The translations under genes were made by a program, and so were the position numbers. Shown here piece after piece: positions 11,690 to 21,729 of a stretch of DNA of 31,787 nucleotides. The first letter of the stretch is position 1. Each line of letters begins with the position of its first letter. The notes below the pieces were generated by a model. That model had not been told where the DNA came from. It worked only from the letters and a program-made list of their open reading frames with translations, and ran no database searches. This DNA is from Schizochytrium sp. TIO01 (taxonomy: Eukaryota > Protista > Bigyra: Labyrinthulomycetes): NCBI GenBank assembly GCA_004764695.1, contig SMSO01000021.1, positions 1 through 31,787 of the forward strand, given 5' to 3'.

Positions 11690-12800
11690 TCAATGGGTTC
11701 TTATGCTCTTGAACAGAGGGTTCTACACGACCAATATCGACTATCTTTAATGCGTACAAAGCTAAACGTCAAGTGAAGATATTTGCCTATATAAACTAAC
11801 ATTTGCAACTCTTCACTGAAACAATCTTTTTTTCGTACGTTGGAGCTCTGACAATTTGCCCAGTAAGAGTTAACACATGTGGCAAAGCCAAAGGCTAAGC
11901 CTATATGCAATCGATTTATCCTGTGCATCTTGTGTTCTTGTCATGCCGACGAAAACAGGTAAATTTGCACAGACAGAGCAAATGCAAGAAAAGGGGTTTG
12001 CATATGAGTAGATGAAATTCATTTGTGCTACGCTGGGCTGAAACGAAATATTTGTGCCGAGCTTGCAACAACAAAGCGTCAAGAGCAATGCAGAGTGCAT
12101 AGTTGCTACCCCTTCTAGTCTTTATAACAGGGAAGCAAGCAGCACAAAACATTATGTTTCGAAACTTTATATGTGCTTCAGATTACATCATCTCTGCAAC
12201 CTTTAACCCGCAACATCCTCAGAACTCGCAATCTTTTCTGCCTTCTACTAACGCATTGATTACATGGGTAATTTAAAAAAACCGCACAATCCGCCCGTTG
12301 CTGATGCCTAGCTAAACCTCACTCAGATTCTTTACCTCCACCATGATTGAGATAGACAATTCTCTAAATTTGTCTGCCATGGTGTCCACATGTGCCGATT
12401 TTCCATATTTTATCCACTCAGCACCATTCCTTTTCCTCATCATTGCTTGTAGTGTAGTACTTACGACTTCGTTACGACATGCAATTACTATATTGTGTAA
12501 CTGACTCCTACATATCGGAAATCGAGAGATTGAGAGATTGAGCGGCTGCGCCTACTATTAGTTCACCCCTATACACTCCTAATGCAGCAGTGCATGGCAT
12601 GCAGTACTAGCCTAAGAGTGTTACTCATCATCTTGTGATAAACTTCATCACCCACAAAGAATGGCGTTTCGCTCAATACACACCGTCAGCTGCGGCCCCG
12701 ACTCTCCAAAGGAACTGTATCAGGCACGAACTTGGAGGACTTCCTCGACGACTACAATAAATTCTCCAAAGTCTACCTAGCCACCTTGAGAACCATCTGT
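11690..12800 (+). pseudogene. Eroded DEAD-box RNA helicase (DDX5/Dbp2/Dbp3-like)
   Basis: Motifs appear in order: possible Q motif RGFYTTNI (~11715), Ia CVLVMPT..FAQ (11931-11972), Ib AECIVATPSSL (12090-12122), III SATF (12193-12204), NLTQI (12315-12329), IVa LHIGNREIERL (12508-12540), V TPNAAVHGMQY*PKSVTHHLVINF (12575-12646), VI Y/HR (12677-12686) and a C-terminal AR/NLEDFLDDYN. Motifs I and II (DEAD) are not recognisable. Confidence 0.75.
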
Positions 12801-13100
12801 CTGTAATTAGCAGGTCTTGCTGTGTTCTGCTTGTTCCCTTTGTTCTACGTGTTCCACCCTCTGTTTCTGGACGTCCTAATATGGTGAATAATGCCGTGCA
12901 GGTTTCACTGTGAAGGGAATGTTCTACTGTATATAATCCGAATAGCTCACTATATTGGCCTCGAATAGTGTACTGTAGTTGTGCTTTTGTTTTACTGTGT
13001 TGCAGAGGCCAAGAGAGGCCACGAGAGAGGCGTGGAGCAGCGGGCACTGCAGACTTCATCCACGCCGCCTTACCGCCGCGTCTCCGCTGCCTTTGGCACC

Positions 13101-14078
13101 ATGCTCTCGGCCTCCCGGCTGCTCTTTACACCTCGGGTGCTCTCCCGAGGCTCCTCCGTGTGCTCCTCTGTCTCCTCGCCGAGCGTCTCGAGGTTCGCCA
13201 CGCCGCAATTGGCTTCATGGACCTCATCCTCCGCCTTCGCCTCGCTGGTCGCCGCGCCGGCACAGCAGCAGCAGCGCGGTATGGCGTACCTCGCGCTTAA
13301 CAACCTTCGCGACAACGATGGCGCCCGCAAGGAGGCTAAGCGTCTCGGTCGTGGTGCTGGATCAGGCTTGGGTAAGACAGCAGGTCGCGGTATCAAGGGT
13401 CAGAAGGCTCGCACGGGTAACAAGGGTGTCCGTGGCGGCTTTGAGGGTGGTCAGACCCCTCTCCACAGACGTATGCCGAAGTGGGGTTTTACCAACGCCC
13501 GCAACAAGAAGGACATCTCTGTGGTGAACTTGGGCTCTCTGCAAAAGTACATTGATTCTGGCCGTATCGACCCGTCAAAGGTGATTACGCTCAAGCAATT
13601 GCAGGACTCGAACATCTGCGGCAAGATTAAGGATGGCGCCAAGCTCGTAGGTGATGGCAAGGAGACCTTTAAGACACCTATCTTCATCGAGGTTACTCGG
13701 GCTTCCAAGTCTGCCATTGAGGCCGTTGAGGCCGCTGGCGGTGTCGTGGTTACTGCTTGGTACAACAGGCTGAACCTCAAGGTTTTGCTGAAGCCTCACC
13801 AGTTCCACCCGAACAGAGTGCCCCGGCGCGCACGCCCTCCTGACCAAAAGGAGATGCAGTACTACTTGGACTACGAAAACCGCGGTTACCTCTCGCCGGA
13901 GATGCAGCTCAAGCTCAGGGATCTCAAGGTGAACCTTCTTCACATCCCGTACCCGTTCAAGTCGGTAGAGGAGTATGAGACGTACGTGGACCACCTCGAG
14001 AACTCCAAAAAGATTCCCTCTGTGCCCAGGCCACCTGTGCTCGAGAGCCCCTTCGAGAACCCCGTGGCGGCCAAGTAA
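13101..14078 (+). CDS. MRPL15: Mitochondrial large-subunit ribosomal protein uL15m
   Basis: Has the uL15 signature KRLGRGAGSGLGKTAGRGIKGQKAR..GFEGGQTPLHRRMPKWGF, ASKSAIEAVEAAGG, and the mitochondrial-type tail YYLDYENRGYL. The likely start is caccATG at 13101 rather than the non-ATG start at 12981. An S/R-rich, acid-free presequence ends at QRG|MA. Confidence 0.95.
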   Translation: MLSASRLLFTPRVLSRGSSVCSSVSSPSVSRFATPQLASWTSSSAFASLVAAPAQQQQRGMAYLALNNLRDNDGARKEAKRLGRGAGSGLGKTAGRGIKGQKARTGNKGVRGGFEGGQTPLHRRMPKWGFTNARNKKDISVVNLGSLQKYIDSGRIDPSKVITLKQLQDSNICGKIKDGAKLVGDGKETFKTPIFIEVTRASKSAIEAVEAAGGVVVTAWYNRLNLKVLLKPHQFHPNRVPRRARPPDQKEMQYYLDYENRGYLSPEMQLKLRDLKVNLLHIPYPFKSVEEYETYVDHLENSKKIPSVPRPPVLESPFENPVAAK

Positions 14079-14849
14079 GTAATATTGCAAGCAGAACCAT
14101 TTCCACCTGCCCGTTTACTTCCTTCAGGGAAGGAGGACAGGACACCACAACCCATTTATCCGAAAAATAACTAAAAAAGATTATTACACACACATATACA
14201 ATTGCAAAAAATAGATTGTTCACCGATCTGATATCCCATCTATGTATATATAGAACTGCAAATCTTGCCCAAGTTTCGTATTTATGCGCAATCGCAACAA
14301 TCAAACTCTTGCATTCTCCTTCGCCTCATACCTTTAGGAAGCACAAAATAGATTATGCTGGCTTACTTCTCACTGGTAGTTATATTCGCAGTAACAATAA
14401 TCACATGCCATGAACTATTGAAAAACTACTATCAATTTGGTGGTTTAGGTCATCCTTGTGATTCCGCCATTGAGGCTGAATGAGCTCCTTACGACTGGTT
14501 CTTCATTTCCTAATTTTTCTTGCGTAATATTTTATGTCAAGTGTTCTGAAGCAATATTCTTCTTACGTTCGTACATAAAAATCCATCAGTGACCAATGAT
14601 ATACATTTTCTTTTCTTTGTAGTCCCGCATATGTATTCAGATTATCAAACTCCGAGTCAAAGAGATGAAACAACTAAACCCAGCGTCTGTAGCTTCCCAA
14701 TTCACGTTTTGATGGGGCCCTCTTGCCCCTTTTAGTAAACATAATAATTTGTTCAATCATTTCTTTCATATAAAAGACATTGGACAAACCTTTCTCCTAC
14801 TGTACACTAAGATAAAATATGACTATTCTGGTTGGTATCTTACTTATAA

Positions 14850-15220
14850 ACTAAAGCTCAGCACAGTAAATGTTTTGTTTGCTGAAAACCCTGCAGGACC
14901 ATTATTTACAGAAGATGCATTGCCTTTTATAAGAATAGCAGAATAAAATGGTTCAAAAATCTAAGGTCCAGTCAATTACTTGCCTTCCGTTCTCTTTTGT
15001 ACTTCTTTAACTAGATGGCCACCGCCAACCGAAAAAGCAGTGCATATTTGAAGTCCATTTGGGGTAAGTGTGCAGACAGCATGCTGTGTATGCTCTAATG
15101 TGGCAGCAATATGCACCGTTACTATGAGTGATGCTTCTGAGCGTCTTGTATCTGCATCCCAAGAGCCTTGTTCGGTTTCTTTCAAAGGTATATTTGCAAT
15201 ACTGGAAGGAGGGGCCAAAG
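14850..15220 (-). pseudogene. Putative eroded WD40-repeat gene (PLAA/Doa1-like)
   Basis: GSWDADTR...ATLEHTQHAVCTLTPNG..ICTA (from 15167) is followed in the same frame, across two stops, by AILIKGNASSVNNG (ending 14898; ~gFaSaSNDG) about two WD repeats later. The relic may extend over ~14500-15600. Confidence 0.4.
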
Positions 15221-16194
15221 TCCGAAAATCCTACTTATGCTATGACGTTTCTGGGAAACCTTGGCACTTAAAATCTATGTTGTTTTCATAATTCTTGCCA
15301 TGTATTCAAGGTTTTATTTAGGATTCTCACCCTACATCTATCGAACTGGAAGATTATAGCTTCATGCCAGTACGCACTCAAGGAAGTTGACTATTATTGT
15401 GATACAGTTATTGTAGAAACCTAATTAAGATGTGAAGCGCTGTGAGACAATCAGAAACGCCATCCCATGTTTTTCTTTTGACAAAGCCCGCGAATCTCTC
15501 TGCGTAAATAGTTTGGAGAAGGAAGGTCAGAAATCTACAAAGAGCCTCTACATAGTGGAGCTCGGCAAATCCCTCTAGATGCCAGCCTTCTTTCTCTTCG
15601 CCACTTTACAGATTTCTACTAGCCATCCTAATTGAACATGTAATGGAGAGCCGGAACTTCGTTAATATATTGAAATCACTATTTCACAAGCTCACCATCA
15701 TATCCGGTCTACAAACAAAAAACCTAATCGTGCTCTGGTCAGCTGTTCATGTCACTTTTGTTGGATTACTCTTTCTACGATGTATTATCGTCAACGAAAT
15801 ATTTATTCAGGGCAAAATACGTTCAATTGACGCGTGAAGGAGGTACCCAGCCCATCGTAGTAATCAATCGTTGTTCTTTTGATTTAAATACTTTTGAGTT
15901 CTCCTTCCGCTAGTAATTTGTGATTTTAAAAAAGATAAGTACCTTAGAAAAAGGAAAAATACAGAACTCAACCTTCGGGTAGGTCTTTAGAAACTCAACT
16001 AAACAAAAGAACTATTTCAATTTGATTTAAAATATTAATTCCAGTATGTCAAATTAAGATACAGTTAAAGCATTTCAACTGATGCGAGGTGCTTCATCTA
16101 GGCAGGAAATTGTGCACCTCACAATAACTAGATTGTTTCTAACTCAGCAGTGCTGAACAATAGTTTTAAAGTGAGTGGACTTTGGCCACCCATG

Positions 16195-19100
16195 TTACTC
16201 CATCACGCTTGACACCTGTGTACCAAGCACAGTGATAACTGAAGGCGGTTTAATCTTCCACCATGCTTTTTTAGTTGCCTTACAATTTTCATCCATAAAA
16301 AATCCCGAGGCAGTTAAGTCAGCTCGAGCTTGGGCCTTGACGTAGGACTTGGTGGGAAATTTTGAAGTATCATAAGCACTGGATGTGGTATAAGCCCTTA
16401 ATCCAGCATACAACTCCTCAGCAATTTCTTGAATAGTTTGGTTGCCAGGCTGTGTCCACAGCAAGTTGGTCGATTCCAAAGGGTCTTCAGCAAGATTGTA
16501 AAGCTCTACACGATAAGCATTCATTTTCGCAGGTGGCTTTCGAACAGTCACCTTTTTAGGCTCCCAGAGAAGCTTATAAACTCCGTTTCGAACTGCGAAA
16601 CGAGGGGAAAAGCCCAGACAATCTCCCATAAAATTGTCACGGAACTCAAATATTAGAGGTTCTGTTTGAGCAACCACAATAGGATCACAAGTACGAAGTA
16701 AGCCACATGACAAGTCACGCCCTTGGATACGGTTTGCATCTGGTAGAGAAGAAAACTCCTCTGCATAGCCTGCCAAGCTTGCCAGAGTGGGGAAGAGGTC
16801 TACCCCGGAAGCGACTTCGCCGAAAGTTGAGGCGGATGGAATATGATTAGCCCATCTCATAAACATGGGCATGCGCACTCCTGCCTCGTACAGTGACCGC
16901 TTTCCGCCTCGAAAAGGCGAAATGCTGCCTGCAAGGGTGAAGTACATTGCGCGTGTCTCGGGACCATTATCAGAAGTATGAATAATGAGAGTTTTATCAT
17001 CCAAACTTAGATCGCCAAGCCGCTCAACAAGACGCCCAACAGCCTCCTCGTGGTCACGTAATAATGTTTGATAGATTTGCTGCGGGACGTATTCCTCAAT
17101 AAAATCATATGGCATGGTCCGGTTTCCGCGATTCGGCCATGGGTTGCTCGTATTACTAGGAAATCCATACTTTGCGGCTTGGTCGTAGGACTCTGCCAAA
17201 ACCAATGGTGCATGCGGGTTCTGCAACCAGACTTGAACGAAAAACTTTCGTTCATCCATGGCACGGTCCTCAAGAAATGAAATCGTTCTGTTTACGAGTA
17301 AGTCTTGAGCATAAGATGTAAAGAAAGGATCCTTGTTGTTCAAGACTGTGCTATGAGACTGAGAAGCTGTCTCAAAAAGGACTTCTCCTTTATCAAGCCG
17401 TGAGCTGCATCCATAAAGCTGATACTCGTCCAAACCGTACAAAGGACCATCGGCATCCAATGAGGCGGGGGCGCTGTATCCAAGATGCCACTTGCCAAAA
17501 TGCGCAGTAACGAAGCCTTGGTCATGAAAAAAGCGAGGCATCAAGGTGAAATCATCCACGTCTTGGCCTTCACCAAGGTACGAGACAACTCCCGAGTTGC
17601 GGTTTGATTTGGAAGTTTTATCGAGTGCATTATGAACTCGAACATCAACATGAGAGGGGTAGCGCCCTGTAACAATTGCAGCACGACTTGGTGAGCATAC
17701 ACAGCCATTTGCGTAATATTGAGTAAAATGAACGCCTTCAGACATGAGCTTGTCAAAAGTTGGCGTACTAGGGCGATATGCAAATTGATCAATTCCTGCG
17801 CGGTTTGAGTTCAAGTTCCCCGAGACATCTCCATAGGCCATATCATCAGCCAGAATGAAAATAATTCCTCTAAGTTCCTCACGGAGCTCTGCTTGGGTCC
17901 AATTCTGAACAGGTGATGACTCTGAGTTTGTCATGCTCGCCGCAGGACCGCCATAGCACCCGACATGAGGAACTGCGGTGGGCTCGCTGGGAAGGCTACT
18001 AATCCAGAACTGGAGTTCGAGCATGAGCTGGTTCTTAATCTTTTCAAGCCGACTCTCATCTGCACTACTCTTAGGAACGCTGTTCCACAAGTTCGTCAAT
18101 TCGAACTCGCCTCGTGACAAATCGTACAATTCATATCGCTCCTCCACACCAGCAGATTCAGACGCTGGCTCATGGAGTAGCTTGAATGTGCCTTTTAGAA
18201 TACTGTATCGCGGAGATTCATGCATGCAGTGACCCGGAGTGCCAAATCTCCATTCCCAGACAAGGGACTGAGTACGAGAAAGCAAGCTGCAATGTGACGA
18301 AAGGCAAGAGGAGGCATCAACACCGGGCAACCCGCTTGGTACGTCAATCTCCGCCCATCCAGCTAGCGTAGGAAGCAAATCGATACCTGTGATGTCAGCG
18401 GTCATCGTCCCAGATCCCATATTGTGACGAAAAAGCCCTTTGAGACCACCATCATAAAGTGAGCGACGGACACCTCGCGCAGAGAGTCGAGGCCTGGAAA
18501 ATGAGTCTGCTTCTTCAGTCTCGCCTCCAGTCGAAGAATACATCAATGTCAAGGATGAACTGCCATCGACTAAAGTCAAAAGGTCTAATAGCTTGTTCAT
18601 TTCATGAATTCTATTCGCCCTGTAAACCTGCTTGGGGCAAGTTTTGTAGCGTGGAGTATAAGTGCCACCGCGCGTAAGATCAGGGCAAACTGACCAGCGC
18701 GTCTCCGAAGGACCCTCGACCCCATTGCTCCAGTTGTCTTCATTGACGTTGTCGATACCATGGCCAAAGGCAGCGTCGAGCCTAGGTAGCATCAAGACAA
18801 CTAAATAATCCTCCTCGTTGTCCACCTGCTCGCTGACAAATGCAATCGCGGCATCAATAACATTACTAAAATGGTCACTAATAAAGCGACTGTCTGTGCT
18901 CTCTGTGATCGCATCGACCGCAAACGGCCATTGCCCAAAATGGCCAACCTTGAAGCCTGCATCACGAAAGGTTGTATAGAGCACAGGGTCGACCTCTGTG
19001 GCTTCATTTTCAGCTGCGTTATCTCGGTGTACACCTATAAGTGCCGGGAAATCCCCTGCAACGACAGCTGCTTCTGAGGGAGCAAGGTCAGGACTTGCAG

Positions 19101-19293
19101 AGCGATAGTTGCTTGCTGCACCCGGTAGGACATTGCCAATCTTCTTCACAAGGTTCGAGGGCAGCGCTTCGAGGTCACCTTGCGTGAATTCCTGCAGCTG
19201 CACGAGACATGCACCTCTGCCCTCCACGCCGCTGTTCACTAAAGCCAAGCTCATCCACGCCAATACGGCGCGCCACATGTTGCCGTGGGCCAT
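16195..19293 (-). CDS. Secreted tandem sulfatase (S1 family): degenerate N-terminal domain plus intact C-terminal domain
   Basis: 1032-aa ORF with a signal peptide (MWRAVLAWMSLALVNSGVEG). The C-domain has IIFILADDMAYGD, CSPSRAAIVTGRYP (FGly motif, CSPSR at 17697-17683), FGKWHLG, NPHAP, TSDNG, GGKRSLYEAGVRMP and VDLFPTL. The N-domain has homologous but altered motifs. Confidence 0.92.
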   Translation of the reverse strand: MAHGNMWRAVLAWMSLALVNSGVEGRGACLVQLQEFTQGDLEALPSNLVKKIGNVLPGAASNYRSASPDLAPSEAAVVAGDFPALIGVHRDNAAENEATEVDPVLYTTFRDAGFKVGHFGQWPFAVDAITESTDSRFISDHFSNVIDAAIAFVSEQVDNEEDYLVVLMLPRLDAAFGHGIDNVNEDNWSNGVEGPSETRWSVCPDLTRGGTYTPRYKTCPKQVYRANRIHEMNKLLDLLTLVDGSSSLTLMYSSTGGETEEADSFSRPRLSARGVRRSLYDGGLKGLFRHNMGSGTMTADITGIDLLPTLAGWAEIDVPSGLPGVDASSCLSSHCSLLSRTQSLVWEWRFGTPGHCMHESPRYSILKGTFKLLHEPASESAGVEERYELYDLSRGEFELTNLWNSVPKSSADESRLEKIKNQLMLELQFWISSLPSEPTAVPHVGCYGGPAASMTNSESSPVQNWTQAELREELRGIIFILADDMAYGDVSGNLNSNRAGIDQFAYRPSTPTFDKLMSEGVHFTQYYANGCVCSPSRAAIVTGRYPSHVDVRVHNALDKTSKSNRNSGVVSYLGEGQDVDDFTLMPRFFHDQGFVTAHFGKWHLGYSAPASLDADGPLYGLDEYQLYGCSSRLDKGEVLFETASQSHSTVLNNKDPFFTSYAQDLLVNRTISFLEDRAMDERKFFVQVWLQNPHAPLVLAESYDQAAKYGFPSNTSNPWPNRGNRTMPYDFIEEYVPQQIYQTLLRDHEEAVGRLVERLGDLSLDDKTLIIHTSDNGPETRAMYFTLAGSISPFRGGKRSLYEAGVRMPMFMRWANHIPSASTFGEVASGVDLFPTLASLAGYAEEFSSLPDANRIQGRDLSCGLLRTCDPIVVAQTEPLIFEFRDNFMGDCLGFSPRFAVRNGVYKLLWEPKKVTVRKPPAKMNAYRVELYNLAEDPLESTNLLWTQPGNQTIQEIAEELYAGLRAYTTSSAYDTSKFPTKSYVKAQARADLTASGFFMDENCKATKKAWWKIKPPSVITVLGTQVSSVME

Positions 19294-19587
19294 CTTCCAC
19301 GCAGGTGCCTGCCTCTGCGGCAGCTGGCGATCAGAAACTTATTACGGTTCTGCCAGAAGCCGTGATCTGCCCAAGTCTCCAGCGCACCGTTCTTTACGAG
19401 AACGACGAATTCCTAACCTGTAGGTAGCCAGGCTCCAACTACCTGGCAGCTGCTGGTTGATGCACAAGTTCACTTGACGCGATGCTTCGCCACCACGGAA
19501 CACCGACTGCCGCCTCAGTCTACCTACCTACCTACTTTTTTTCTTCCCGTCTGGCAGGAATTCCTCGTCCTCGCCATTCACTACGCC

Positions 19588-19588
19588 G

Positions 19589-19635
<47 letters not shown>
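19588..19635 (+). repeat. (GTC/GTT)16 trinucleotide repeat upstream of the sulfatase
   Basis: Directly visible. Confidence 0.95.
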
Positions 19636-19772
19636 TTCAAAGGCGCTCTGGAGGCACACATTCGGGTTCTGAAGATTCTCCGCACTCAGTCAGTTCTGCC
19701 GTTGGATCTCAAACTCTTAGGCAGCGGTTCTTGATCGCCAGAGCCAACGAATGAACGAAATGAGGGTATCTC

Positions 19773-19849
19773 TCATTCATTCATTCGTGCATTCATTCAT
19801 TCACGCATTCATTCATTCACGCATTCATTCATTCATTCACGCATTCATT
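19773..19849 (+). repeat. CATT-based array with a GCATTCATTCATTCAC higher-order unit
   Basis: Directly visible. Confidence 0.9.
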
Positions 19850-19954
19850 TGCCACTCAAGCTGGGCCCGTGACTGAGGTCGGTCTCAAAGACATCTATCA
19901 GCGCGCGCCATGAACTCGACGACGATGGCTTCAAAGTCGCGCGTGAGATCGATA

Positions 19955-20019
19955 GAGTGAGTGAGTGAATAAATGAGTGAATAAACGAGTGAATAAATGA
20001 GTGAATAAATGAGTGAATG
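19955..20019 (+). repeat. 12-bp tandem repeat GAGTGAATAAAT (4-5 copies)
   Basis: Directly visible; it is an imperfect reverse complement of the 19773-19849 array. Confidence 0.9.
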
Positions 20020-20309
20020 GGATGTCGATGGAAAGGAATTTCGCACATTACAATGGGAATTTCAGGAAGGAAAAAAGAGGGAAAAAATACGGAAGGCCCA
20101 CCCCGCGCGTCCACATGGGCTCACCGTCGCACGAACACCGCGTGCTTCGTTTTAGCACACACCCCTTTTCTTTTCTTTTCTTTTCAGGCGCACCGCACTG
20201 CAAGCAAGCAAGCAAGCAATGTATTTGGAGAATCAAACCTCGAGCACCGGCGGCGAGGAGCGCGAAGCTCACCAGTGCAGAACTGCGGTTCATTGCCTGC
20301 AGGCTGGAC

Positions 20310-21230
20310 AGATTGACCGGAAGATGGCCGAGGTCTTGGCAGCAGCTGCCTTGGGCAGTCGCAGCACAGACGGGCCGTTGCCCATGCAGAGTGGTGCAGC
20401 TGGCTGTCCCAACTGCGCGACCTTCAGGTCTGCGGTCTGGCCAACCAAGGAAGGTTAAGCACCCTCTGCGGACATCTTGAGCAGCACTGCGAAAGCCTTT
20501 GCTTCAGCAAGTGCCGCGGCGAGATTTGAGAGCGCCACCCGGCCTCGCTCAGCTCCAAGATGCAGCGGACCTTGAGATCGAACGAAGCCAGTCAGTCAGT
20601 CAGTCTCGTGCATACATATGAGCAGCTTCAGCAGCAGCCGAAAGTTCTCGCAAGGGCGTCGAATCGAACGATCCGCTCGCTTCAACTTGACTTCCGGAGT
20701 GCCAATGTGCTGATATGGAGGCGGACCACACGGCTTATTGGCCAACACACAGAAGAAAGACTGGTATTCATTTACCATGGGTTAGCCTATTGGCCAAATA
20801 AGTAAGTTCTCAAAGTAGGTAGTACCTAGCTAGGTGCCAGTAGTCCGAACGATGAAAACCATCCAAATGATCCAGGCGTTCTGCATGTTCTGATGGCGAA
20901 GTGGACGTTCCACATGTTCTGTTTTGGTTGATGTTCCCAATGTTCGTGCACAATGTTCCCAGAGTTCGAGCCTTGCTTTGTCAATTGGGTTTTACTTGAA
21001 TCGAAATGTACACATGATTATTTACCTGATTGTGAGAGCTTCTTCAGGTTGCGGCCTGACGAGGAAGAACAGACATCATGGGCGAGGTCGACGTTATCTT
21101 TGGGGAAGGCAGCACATGCTGGTTGCTATCAAGGCGCTTGTACCTCATAATTAGGGTAGGTTTTCGACTGATTGCGAAGGGAATAGCTGTGGCCTCTTTT
21201 GTGTGCGAAAGTATGAGCAGTACTTACGAG
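20310..21230 (+). pseudogene. Eroded class A FAD-dependent monooxygenase (salicylate hydroxylase/ZEP/UbiH-like)
   Basis: Three fingerprints occur in order with roughly normal spacing. First, G..G/LAAAAL (20319-20353) followed by GAAGCPN/LRDLQVCGL (20393-20439). Second, the DG motif ANVLI/G/AD (20701-20726). Third, the GD motif SWARSTLSLGKAAHA..YQGAC (21076-21141; ~W..grv.LlGDAAHA..GQG). Confidence 0.6.
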
Positions 21231-21729
21231 GTACCTACTTTCACTTTCGCGAGAGACCTTGGGTTGCGATGGCTTGCGTATCTTGGGTAAACTGTATGGA
21301 GACATACTTCACAAAGCCATGGGCTCTGGCGGGCCTGCACGGAGTAGATACATACCTGTCATTGTTGCGAAGGTTTTCTGTTGTGAACCTATGTAGTGTC
21401 CAAGTTTACAGCTCGTACCAACATAGAAGTGTCTACGGCTTAATCCTAAGACATCGACTTTGAACGAAAGCGAATAGAAAAAGAGATGAAGCAGAAGGAT
21501 GCTGTTTGCTGCCCATGGTTCCTGCGTCTTAAAGAGTGCGGAACCAGCCAGCAAACAAGCAACGCGAGTCACTCTCGCCTCCAACGTGTGGCTCCATCAG
21601 GCTTTACTTTACAGGGTCTCCCGCGAGGTTTTCCTGGCACAACACCAAGGCTCTCCGCCTGCTCAGGCGTTCAAGAAATACCTGTGCCGAGGATTAATCC
21701 TTAAACTTGACTGACCCTAGTCAACGGAG

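Noticed and set aside
12725-12780. NLEDFLDDY resembling an adenosine deaminase segment
   Set aside because: Its position right after helicase motif VI fits the C-terminal helix of DDX5/Dbp2-like helicases better.
12981-13100. 40-aa N-terminal extension of uL15m in the ORF track
   Set aside because: It has a non-ATG start. The ATG at 13101 has a good context and begins a typical mitochondrial presequence.
12673-14304. Antisense and alternate-frame ORFs over MRPL15 (and similar ones over the sulfatase, FATP and GH114 genes)
   Set aside because: Shadow ORFs caused by codon bias of the real genes.
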